Origin: Kudoa neothunni
Taxonomy: Eukaryota; Animalia; Cnidaria
Assembly: GCA_964304625.1 (NCBI GenBank)
Contig: OZ199838.1
Location: 1,375,158 to 1,439,157, forward strand
DNA: 64,000 nucleotides
Direction: 5' to 3'
Under the pieces are notes generated by a model. It searched no databases and was not told the origin of the DNA. It saw nothing but the letters and a program-made list of their open reading frames with translations. A program made the translations under genes and the position numbers. How positions within the stretch are numbered: position 1 is the first letter of the stretch; each line of letters opens with the position of its first letter. Positions 38,686 through 50,378 of this stretch are shown here, in pieces.

Positions 38686-40720
38686 CTATGGTTTGAGACG
38701 TGAGCTAGGGAATTTGGAAAGGTATTGGTCGCGAAAACTAAATCAATTAAATGATAATTAAATGTATGTGAGAGATAAAAATACCTTTTGATGAAATTTT
38801 TGTAGATTTGCCTTCCTATTAGATAGACATTTAACCACCAAAATATTAAAAATCGATATTCATTAAAGCTTCTTCTTTTGATGAAGGGAGAGGAAGAATA
38901 TCTATAAAAATTGAAAAAAAAATATTCTCTAACTCTACAAAAAATTATCCAACCATATTTTTGGATATGATTGAATTGTGGGTGAGGATGGCAATGGTTC
39001 GAAAGTTAGAGTTCTGAAATAGCGTGATTTTAGGACGGATAACGCGTTATCGTATTCAGCCAAGTTCATATGGCATTCAGCAATCCAAATAATCAATAAG
39101 ATATCTAAATATATCCAAATCCATTAAGACATTTAGAGCCATTGTAATGATTCATTTTACTTTATCAAATAAGGTAACGAGGAATTGTTTTGTTGGTAAA
39201 GAGGACTTAGTATCTTTATACCCTCTTGATAGGTTCCAGCTTTCAGTAGACTTGCTCCATAGATAACAAGAAAATGATTGCTATTATTATTAGAGATAGG
39301 GGTAAAAATAGCATCCACTATTGCTTACCGTGCAATGATTTGATCAATATCACAGCTATCGAGACTGTTGTGAACGAATTTGGTGTGTTGTAATGCACTT
39401 TGATAGCTGAGCGTGTATTCGGTGGGAGAATCGGTTTTGTAGCTAAATAAACCAGCCTTAGAGACACAATAACCGAGACAATTCTTTATACACAAAGCCA
39501 AACTCGTGATAATAATAACCGCACAAATAGAAAACATTCTGTATTTGTTGGCTGATTGTGTTATTGTTGTGCTTAGATCTGAGATAGGAAAATTTCTGCC
39601 AACAACCATTATTATTACTAATAATAGACAATGAACTAGACATACATAATCCTCATTTATATGGCACATAACGGAGAAAAAAAGTAGAAAATGGTGATTC
39701 TGACGAAACATAATGGCTGCTTTGGTGAGAAAATGTACAGCTCCTTTGTAATTGTTGAACAATAACGATAACACAGAGCCATTGAAACAGAAATGGGCCA
39801 ACAAATAGGATATAGGGCCGAATATCTTGTAGGATTTTGCAGAAATAACTACAAGCAGTAGAATAGGCGTTGAAGTTTTAGTAGACCAGAATATTGATCC
39901 GAATCAAAAATACCGGGATCGTTGAAAACCTTTTGCAGCATAACAGTGGCAAGTTTGAAGCGATTATTTTTCAACAGAATGCTGATTTCCAAATGCGTGA
40001 GGAACACTTTTGCGAAATAGAGTTCACTGCGACCAGCTATTCTGATATTTCTCTCACGGAGATCTTTAATTATGGGAATGCAATCCTTCATATTATTGTG
40101 TTTGATATGGTAGAAAACTTTCAGAAAATTTGACAGAATATTCTTCATCATACGATGATCAAACTCAATCACAAATATTTCATACATTGTCAGTTAAACA
40201 TTCGATTTCTTGATATTCAGACTCTAACTTTGGTGTTTTATTTGTAAGAATGTGACGAAAAGCTTTTAACTATGCCGATAAAAAGCAGATATCAATACAA
40301 TTGTTGGAGAGAGTCATCAACTCACAATGTGGTATTTGACACGTAGAGAACGAATAGGTTCACTATAATCGTTAATTTTCCGATCCACAGCTGAATTGGA
40401 TGGAGTTTTCTCTTTTTTATCGTACAGAATCTGTTTCATTCGTTTCATTATAGACTTTGGTAGCATCTATATTTTGATGAATTAGATCGATGAACTCTAT
40501 AATACAATGGAAAGGGGATATGTGAAATCACCCTGTCAGACATATAGAACACATCAACACACAGAATAAGATATTCGATCTCATATTTTGGATTCATTTC
40601 TACATGTAGGTCGTATAAAAAATTAATCCAAATTTCCAACAGTAGCGAATAGCGAGTAACGATAGGAGTTAATACTAAAATAGGTTTGGTAGGTGTCGTC
40701 GAACAAAACGTTGGCAACAT
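38686..40720 (-). CDS. ANAPC5: Anaphase-promoting complex subunit 5-like (multi-exon, divergent)
   Basis: N-terminal IVTRYSLLL resembles APC5 VTPYKIAVL. FCFNGSVLSLLFNNYKGAVHFLTKAAI...NEDYVCLVHCL resembles YAALNLAALHCRFGH...EAIRIAQESNDHVCLQHCL. Short GT-AG introns connect the ORF pieces; the 5' exon structure is ambiguous. Confidence 0.7.
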
Positions 40721-41212
40721 CGACTGGTTTTCCTTTCTAGACAACAAGTAAGGTCATAACAACCCAATCACATTGCCCTACCGACGCCATCATCAATAAA
40801 TAATACAAGTATTTCTGGGGTATTTCGTCCTTAAGTGAAGACAACGGTCTTTTCCCACAAAATGCTTCATCCTAACAACTGTTACTCCTCACACCCAAAC
40901 ACTAACACCACCTACAAAAATCTCATATTTGCATGAGGAGGAACCAACTATTTTGATTGGATCCATCCTATTTTTGCTCACATTATCAAATATGTGCGCT
41001 AACCAAACATAATTGGGGTTAGTGTCAAATTTATATTTCATTGCACGGAAAAAATGATAAGCGTCCTGGTGGACATTGTTTTTTAACCACAATTTCACAG
41101 TGGAAAGTGACGATGACAGTTGAAACAATTTTTGGGGTTGCTTTGTTTTGTCACCCTTCTTAGGCGAAACAGATGTTTCGTAAAACACCTTTTGAGAGAG
41201 ATTTATCTCCAT
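40623..41212 (-). CDS. Orphan 166-aa protein (exons 41212-40916, 40871-40782, 40736-40623), or N-terminal extension of ANAPC5
   Basis: Open frame across 44-nt and 45-nt GT-AG introns. NRF1-like motif at 41249-41257 just upstream. The last exon overlaps the ANAPC5 start in another frame. Confidence 0.6.
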
Positions 41213-41436
41213 ACAATGTAAATCTAAAATTTTAGTTATTTATTGATCTGCGTGCGCTTATTATATTACTATTTTTACTTTTTCACTAACAACACAACAT
41301 TTGTCACTAGGTAATTATTCATTATTTTCCTATTATTTTATTACAATTGGTCTACATATGTATCTTTTTATTTTCTAAAGTATTATGAGGTAAATTTTAA
41401 CCTAATGTTATTAATTTTATTCAACGTTTCTTCTTT

Positions 41437-41439
<3 letters not shown>

Positions 41440-41468
<29 letters not shown>
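41440..41468. repeat. (TA)n microsatellite
   Basis: Seen directly. Confidence 0.95.
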
Positions 41469-41469
<1 letters not shown>

Positions 41470-44370
41470 CCTCGTCATCTTTTTCTGTATTCTGAATGAC
41501 AATTAGAAAACTTATTTACGACGGTAAATCGAGAAAAATTTAACATTTATTAGGTGTGTGGCACGCATGCGCGACGACTTAACTAAAATTATTTGTGCAA
41601 TTTCACATTAAAATAGTGTCCAACATGGGGTGTAGAAAAGTTTGATTGGATAGGGAAATTTTTGGACCTGTAAAATCCAGAGCTTTAGTGATTAGGGAGA
41701 CGACATAGATAATGGTAAGATAATTGGATAGTGGGGCTCACATTGAAATCAATACCGCAATTTTCGATGAATTTTATTTTTGAACGACTGTTAATATAAT
41801 AAAACCATACAAAAAAGAGATGACTAGTTATATCAAAATAAATAATTACATTTAACGTGGTCTCCACCAGAATAGACCCCGAATGGCTCAAGTCGCATCT
41901 TGTCTCATTTTTTCTCATGTATAATCTCGACCGTCACTTTGTTTGATTTAACCTAACGGAGTATTGATTAATTATCTATAAAGATTATTTATATTCGGTT
42001 CGTAAACCCCATCTACACGAAATTCATGTCTAACGCGGGATGGATTACCACAAGACGTTGTTTTTAATGGAATGAAGAATTAAAGGTGTTAATTTTTAAA
42101 TTCCATCGATAAATTAGGTTAGAATATGTCCGAATACATTTTAATTTTAATGAGAAAAAAAATATATAAATCGCTTTCAAATTTTAATGTGATAGGAAGC
42201 TTGATTCTAAGTTATTGTAGTTTAAGTTTAAAAATCAATACTTTTGACAAAGGTGGGCATAGAACTTTTTTTCATGAAAAATTATTGTGCGATAGAAAAA
42301 AGGCTGGGAAACACCATATTAAAATATAATATTTAATGAAATTTTTTTCGTTTATTCAGGATGCTGTACATACTATAGCATGTATGCAAAAAACGCCACA
42401 ACTTGGAAAAACTTTTATGGCTGTGTAGATGTGTAAATGTGTACATGTGTAGTTATAGGTGTTAGTGGTATATTCACCAACTATTTGCATTAGTTAAACA
42501 GTTTGCGATGATATATCGGTTGGTACATTCTCAAAAATCTAAAACCAATCACTGTATCATTTTCATGTAGGGAAATATCAACAATTCATATCGTAAATTT
42601 TCTCGTTGATTAATGTTCACAAAATTCGATACATTTTTTGAGTCAATTTCTTAAATAACGATGCTTTTATTAGCTTCGTAGTTTCCAAATAACTTCATAG
42701 ATGGAAAACACTCCTATGATTGTTTTTGAGCATGTCGCATATTAAAAAAACTAATAAAATCAAATTCAGACATCTCACTAAAAATTTTATCATTTTTATT
42801 GCATTAAAAATATGACATATCATCTTTAAGATCATTATTAATTCAATTTGGCATATTTTTAAATATAATTTATCTAATTGTGTATTTTAGGGTGACCCAT
42901 TTAATAACTAGATTAAATATCAATAAAGAAATTGTGCAAAGATAAAAGACATTCCATGATGAATTTAACGTGAATGAGTAACTCTTCTAACGACTTTCTA
43001 GGAGGTTCAATGAATTTAGAGAGTTTTTTGTTTGGCTTATAAATATCGTCCACAAGATATTCCATTATACAATGAATGTCGATTAATATATGATCCCCTC
43101 AAGACCAAGGAAAAATGAAAATTAGTCAACAATGCGTTTAAATTTCAGTATTTTTGCTATAAAATTATTTTAAGGCCATAAAAACTACTAAATTTGTCTG
43201 TAACAATAAAGTTAACTTAGTCAATGTGTTGAACAAGCAGAACACTTTATATGGAACAGCAAAGTGCGTATTAGCCGTCATTCATTGTATTTGATCACTA
43301 AAGTTGAAGATTAAACATATTTCACAAAGGGATTAAAATTCTGCATAAATATGATTAACCTAAAAATTTATTTTTTTAATGAAATGAAATACTTCAAGGA
43401 ATTTCAAAATATTTACTGTTATATAAACAGAAATTGATCCTTCAGGATCGTTGTAGGCCTCGTGGAACCCTGAGTAAATTTTTAGATGATAATTACATAA
43501 ATTTATAAATTGCCTTCATTTATATTCTAAATCAAAAATCCTGCATAATAGTTTATTCGATAAAGAGACTCAGCCACAGTGGTTTATGAACGTTGTTTAA
43601 TGACTTTGATCTCCCTTTCGATTAGGCTAAAAGAATAAATCACGGTAGCAAATATTTATCAAACAAAATCAAGATTAAAGGATCCATTTTAATCCTTTTA
43701 AAGTTGTTTGAAAATTGTAGAGATATGATTAACCTAGCCAATGTTTAACTCATTCGTTTTATAATCTGAATGGAAACATTGTAGTTGTAAAGTGCAAACA
43801 GATTCAAACGAAGCTGTTACATTATACACATACTCATATCAATGCGACAATGGAGTTAAGGCATGTATGTGATTTAAATTTAAACAATTATAATCCGATT
43901 ATTTTTTAAAAAATATTAGTTTTGAATAGATCGTGAAAATTAATAAAGTTACTGGTTTAGAGAAAAAAGAGTTAATCAGCAAGCTCACATGCCTCCATTG
44001 CTTTCAAGTAATCCCACATTTAGTTCACATTTCCTATTTTGAACAAGCCGAGGTGAGATTAAAGGAGCTTAATCGAAATTAAAAATTATTAATAGGAGGG
44101 TTTTAATCAGTTAGAATAATGGATTTGCAATATTTGTCGTCGGTTCAAATGGAACCAAATAAATTATTATATTTGTACAACACATCTCAGATAGATTAAA
44201 CTGGGATATAAAATTTTTTATAACATTGAATAACAAAATTAATCCAAAAGTTTTAACGCCACGATCTATCTATGATCAAAGGTCACGTAAATCTTAATGG
44301 GACGACTCTACGGTACTACGTAGAGATGAAATTCGGTATAAATCGGATTAGCTCAAAGTATTACTAAGGC

Positions 44371-47300
44371 ATGCCTGCTGGTAGTCAAATTTTTAAGATT
44401 TCTGCCAGAAGTAGACTGTCGCAAAAATGCAATAGATCGTTTATCCACAGGCGTCTCTCCAGAAGAACTTTTGTTTCTGGAAATTGTAAAAGTGTTAAAT
44501 TGAATGACGGAAAAAAAGAGAAAATTTCCAAACTTATGTCCGCCAATCGCGGTGAAATTGCAGTGAGAGTGTTTAGAGCTGCCAAAGAAGACGGAATTCG
44601 TACGGTAGCAATCTACTCTCCCGAAGATTCCAAGCAAACACACAGATTGAAAGCTGATGAAGCTTATGTGATTGGCACAATCAATGAACCTGTGGCCGCC
44701 TATCTAGATATTGATTCCATCATTAAGGTTGCCAAATTGAATGGTGTTGATGCTATTCATCCAGGTTATGGATTTTTATCCGAAAGAGCTGAGTTTGCAC
44801 AAAAATGTGCAGAGAATGGAATCAAATTTTTGGGTCCTTCTCCCCAAGTGATCAGTTTGATGGGTGATAAAATGGCCGCTCGTAAATTAGCTATTGAAAA
44901 TGGAGTACCCATCATACCAGGCACTGAAACTCCTATCAATTCGCTCAACGAAGTTAAGGAATTTCTGGAGAAATATAACTATCCGATTATTCTAAAAGCT
45001 GCGTATGGCGGCGGTGGCAGAGGTATGCGAGTTGTTCGCAATGAAGCTGAGTTGGAGAAGAGTTTCGATAGTGCTACTTCCGAAGCTCAAAAAGCATTCG
45101 GCGATGGCGCCCTTTTCATCGAAAAATACATTGAAAGTCCAAGACATATTGAGGTTCAAATTATCGCGGATGCATATGGTAATGTGGTACATTTATTCGA
45201 CAGAGATTGTTCAATTCAACGACGGCATCAAAAAGTTATCGAGATTGCACCCACCGAAACACTAGATGCCACCACTAGACAACATTTGTGTGATATGGCG
45301 GTGAAGTTGTGTACTGCCGCCGGTTACCAAAGTGCGGGCACAGTGGAATTCCTAATCGATAAAGATTCCAATGCCTACTTCATTGAAGTGAACAGTCGAC
45401 TCCAAGTGGAACATACAGTTTCCGAAGAGATCACTGATATCGATCTTGTTAGAGCTCAAATCAAAATTGCTGAAGGTTACTCATTGGATGAGTTGGGTAT
45501 CAAGCAAGAGAATATTAACGCCAGTAGAGTATCCATTCAAGCAAGAATAACCACCGAAGATCCACAAAATAATTTCATCCCTGATTATGGTGTCATTGAA
45601 GAATTTGTTCCACCGGAAGGTCCCGGTATTCGTTTGGATGGTGCGTGTGGTTTCGCCGGTGCCAAAATCTCACCTTTCTACGACTCATTGTTGTGTAAAG
45701 TGATTGCTACCGGCAAAGATCATGCTCAAGCTAGAGATCGTTTGATTAGATCTCTTGAAGAGTTCAAAGTTACAGGGGTCAAAACCAATATTCCCTTCGT
45801 GCTTAATGTGTTGAAGAATGCTGAATTCCAGTCTGGAAAGTTTACCACACACTTTATTGAGAAACACCCTGAGGTGCTTACAGCTCCAAGAGTGCTGTCT
45901 GATGAGTTACATCGAATGGTGCGTTATATTGGTGAGGTGTCTGTAAATGGACCCGCTACTGTACTTGCTACCAATTTGAAGCCGGCCAAAATCACCCCAA
46001 CTGTACCAAAAAGTACCTCACAAGGTCACCCAGCTGGTTGGAGAGATATATTAGTCGATCAAGGCAAGGATGCATTTGTGAAAGCTATCATAAGAAACAA
46101 AAGTGTGCTATTAACCGATACCTCACTTAGAGATGCCCATCAATCCCTTATGGCTACTCGCATGCGAACCTATGATATGAGAAGAATTGCGCCATTTTTG
46201 ACCACCGATCTACACAACCTATTTAGTTTGGAGTGTTGGGGTGGTGCCACCTTCGATGTTGCTTTGAGATTCTTGTACGAATGTCCTTGGGATCGTCTCA
46301 CCGAACTCAGACAACTCATTCCAAACATACCGTTACAGATGTTGCTTCGTGGTGCGAACGCTGTTGGCTATAAAAATTATCCTGATAATGTTGTTTACGA
46401 GTTTGCAAGATTATCGGTTCAATCTGGTATGGACATTTTTAGAATCTTTGATGCTCTCAATTACGTACCAAATATTGCCATCGCTATGGATGCGGTAAAC
46501 AAAGCAGGTGGTGTTGTTGAAGCGGCGATTTCCTATTCGGGTGATGTTTCCAATCCTGCCAAAAAGAAATACACTATCGACTACTATATGGACTTGTCTA
46601 GACAGTTGATCGCTCATGGTACCGACATTCTTGGCATAAAAGATATGGCTGGTGTGATGAAGCCAGCGGCTGCACGTTTACTTATCAGCGAAATTCGAAG
46701 AGAATTCCCAAATGTACCTATCCACCTGCACACTCATGACACTTCATGCACTGGTGTGGCCACGTATCTTGCAGCTGTGGAATCGGGTGCCCACATTGTG
46801 GATGTTGCTTGTGATTCGATGAGTGGAATGACCTCACAACCTAGCATGGGTGCAGTTGTTGCTGCGCTAGAAAATTCACCATTAGCAACTGACATCAAAT
46901 TGGACGATGTCACTCATTACAGTGCCTACTTCGAACAAACTAGAACACTTTACGCACCATTCGAATGCACTGTCACCATGAAAAGCGGAAATTCTGATGT
47001 GTACAAGAATGAAATACCTGGTGGACAATACACCAATCTTCAATTCCAAGCATTTAGTTTGGGTCTGGGTGATCAATTTGAACGCGTGAAACAAATGTAC
47101 AGCGAAGCCAATGATCTTTTGGGTGATATTGTGAAAGTTACTCCTACATCAAAGGTGGTTGGTGATTTGGCCCAATTTATGGTTCAGAACAATCTTACCA
47201 AACAAGATGTGCTTGACAAAGCTTCCAAACTCGACTTCCCCGCATCGGTGATCCAGTTTATGAAAGGAGACCTTGGAGTTCCATATCAAGGCTATCCGGA

Positions 47301-48002
47301 ACCTTTCCGCACACACGTTTTGAAGGGTAAGCCAGGGATAGATGATAGACCAGGAAAAGCCTTAGAACCTTTTGATTTCGAGGCATTAAAACAACAACTC
47401 TATGACTCCTACGGAAAGGATAATATACGTGACGTTGATGTTATGAGTGCCGCATTATATCCTGATGTTTTCCAGAAATACATGCAATCTCGTGAATACG
47501 GCCCCGTCACATTACTCCCAACAGATGTGTTTTTTACTGGACTCAAACCTGGTGAATCTACCGACTTCATTGCACCCGACCAAAAACATACCTACATCAA
47601 ACTCCTCTCCATCAGCGATCTTAACGAAGATTCCACTAGAACAGTTTTTCTCAATGTTGACGGTCACATAAAGATTGTTTCCATCAAAGATAAACATAAT
47701 GTTTCGGTATTCTGCGCTTTAATTTGAGAATTCTATGTTTGACTAATTTTTAGAACGTCAAATCAATCCCCAAGGCTGACAAATTGAACCCTCGTCAGAT
47801 TGGAGCTCCAATGCCCGGCCAAGTGATCGCTATCAAGGTGAAAGAGGGTGACACTGTTAAAGAAGGAGATGTTCTTCTCACTTTGTCAGCAATGAAAATG
47901 GAAACGTCTGTTTCTGCTACCACCTCCGGTGTGGTTGAAAAAATACATGTCGACTCTGGAATGACTGTGTCTGCTGGCGACTTGGTCCTACAACTTAAAT
48001 AA
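44371..48002 (+). CDS. PC: Pyruvate carboxylase, mitochondrial (1194 aa; exons 44371-47706 and 47754-48002)
   Basis: Arg/Ser-rich presequence. BC motifs ANRGEIA, GGGGRGM, RDCSIQRRHQK and EVNSRLQVEH. CT motifs RDAHQSL, WGGATFD, IKDMAG and HTHD. Biotinyl AMKM in exon 2. The single GT-AG intron is 47 nt. Confidence 0.98.
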
Positions 48003-48354
48003 CTCATTCACTCTTATCATTATCATTGATATTTTTCTCCTATTTTGTTATCTACCACAGTACGCTTATTTTTGGATATGATTTTCCGCTTAAAAATCTG
48101 CATTTTTTCTGCTAACGTGTGTATCACTTCGTTTCATCAATTATCAGTTGGATTATATTCGATTTTTCTAATGCGTTGTTTAACCTTTAAGTCCTATTCG
48201 CGTAAGCCTTGAAAATAGTTTATTTATTCAGCGTTGGATATTCTAATCTATTGGTTAAATTGTCTCTCGGAATATAAGATATTTTTCGATAAATTAATGT
48301 GTCTGTATGTAAAATATTTATTTTTACAGTTATTACTGCGTGTATTCACTAACC

Positions 48355-48886
48355 CAGGGATTCTCTAACTGAGTTCCTCGAACCTTTAGGTTTTTGTGAA
48401 ATATGCGCAGGGGTTCCCCAAGTGTCAGTAAAAAACAACATTTAATAATAACATAACAAATCGGTACAGATCGTATCTTATGATGTTAGTGAATTTTCAC
48501 TTATAGCTAGAGTTGACAACATTGGTGATAGTTGGCTAGCTAAACACCAACACAATTGGAGGAAGATCTTGCAGCTTTGCTGTTAGCACAAATATTTATT
48601 CTACTAACAAAATAATTTTGACTATTCTTTAAGCCCTACAATGGATGGACGGTTATAAAATAATAAGTAAAACAACACCATTTAACCGAGACGCTGAAAT
48701 AGGTGAATTTTCAAGTGAACGATCTGCAAGCACTAGTTCACAAGACACGATGTATATTCCAATATACTGTGTGTTTTAAATTATTTTTTTATTATAATAA
48801 ATAATAATGCATTCAAGTTTGTGGAACAAGCTTTAATGGGTTAATTTTGATAAGGGTTCCATTTCAAAAAAGTTTGAGAATCATTG
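48355..48886. mobile_element. hAT (Charlie-like) MITE (532 bp)
   Basis: TIRs CAGGGATTCTCTAACT / AGTTTGAGAATCATTG (13/16), TSD cactaacc/caccaatc (6/8), subterminal GGGTTCC motifs. Confidence 0.7.
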
Positions 48887-49729
48887 CACCAATCAATCTT
48901 ATTGTAACCCGGTATGCAGCAATCCCGCTAATAGGTTATTATAATTAGGACGACTTTACTATTTATTCCTCTCGTAATTGATAAACACTAACGGCGTAAT
49001 TATTATAATAACTTTACTGTAAAGGTTCATTGAAAGAAGATACTGACTGATAAGATAGTTCAAATTTGTATTTTTAAGAAGAAATAGATACTCATATTGT
49101 CCTATAATCCTTGTGGTAAGATTTATTTTCTAATTCAATCAAATTTGTTTTATTACGATGACTCTGCCATCCCACATTGTCCCTTAAACTCGAATAAGTC
49201 ACCAACCGTACACATTTTGGAATCATTTTATTTTTTTTATTCAATCTGATCCATAACAAAAGAATAAAAATATCACAGGTTTTTGTAAGCACGACTATCT
49301 TTAAAAGGGATTGGATAATTAATTTTTCTTTCAAAGGTTCGTATCTTTTGTCAAGTTATTATACAAAAATTATTGAAATTCATCCATTATTTAGATCATA
49401 AAGAATTATAAAAGTTTCAATTTAAATTTATGGATTACTTAATTTTATGTTTGGTTTATCTTTTTATATACTTAGAATTTTGATTTACCTTGATTCTGTT
49501 TCGGTTTTTAATATTACTTCAAATTTTGTGTATCTTCTTTTATGCGATTTTATTAGACTAATAGGTAGGTAACGATTGTGTTTATTTGATTCATCTATTA
49601 GTTAAATATCATGAGGTGAACATGTTGATAATATTTATGGATAAAAAACTTTTAAAGAAGTCGGAATTTTTAAAAATAGAAGAGAAACTCTATTAGACAG
49701 GTTCAATACATACGAAATTTTCAAAATAA

Positions 49730-49820
49730 TATTGTGAACACTCGATATTTAGTAACTTTTGGAACGAAGGAAAGAAAGGTTCAACCGTACCGAGGCATGC
49801 AGTATCGAGGGTCTACTGTA
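49730..49820. mobile_element. Possible pogo/Tigger-type mini-MITE
   Basis: Imperfect inverted ends tattgtgaacactcgata / tatcgagggtctactgta bounded by TA. Confidence 0.35.
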
Positions 49821-50378
49821 TGACCTCTTTTGTTTCTTTAATTGTAGTAGAAGAATTATTTTGTAGTTTTATCAGTTTATTCATGACACATTAGCGGATA
49901 AGTATTTTTTTAAAGTCGATCGAGGAAATTATTTATAAATATTCTTATCCTATCTAGATAAATATATAAAACTTTTAATAAATGATGGATCATTATTAAG
50001 TTGTTTGGATATATTTAATAAAAATATGTTCTACATAATCCAAGCTAAAATGAACTAAAAATTTATAGAATGTGGGAAAATAAAAATACCAATTATATTT
50101 TAAATCCTAAATAATATTTCTCTTCTGTTGTTATTTTTATATGATCCAAATTAATCATGACACTCATTTTCCTGGACGTCGGAGGTGCAAACCTAATTTT
50201 GAATTGAGAAACGTTGAGCTGCTAATTGGATTAAAATATTAATTATATTTTTTAATAAAATCTATTCAGACAATTGTTCTCTATAACATACTAAAAGCTC
50301 ATTACAATGTATTGTCTTATAATTAAAAAAATCGGCATATCGAAATGTTTAAGACATTTTTTAATAATTCGCTATTAA

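Noticed and set aside
44353-48007. Many short antisense and alternate-frame ORFs over PC
   Set aside because: Shadows of a GC-richer coding sequence with no independent motifs.
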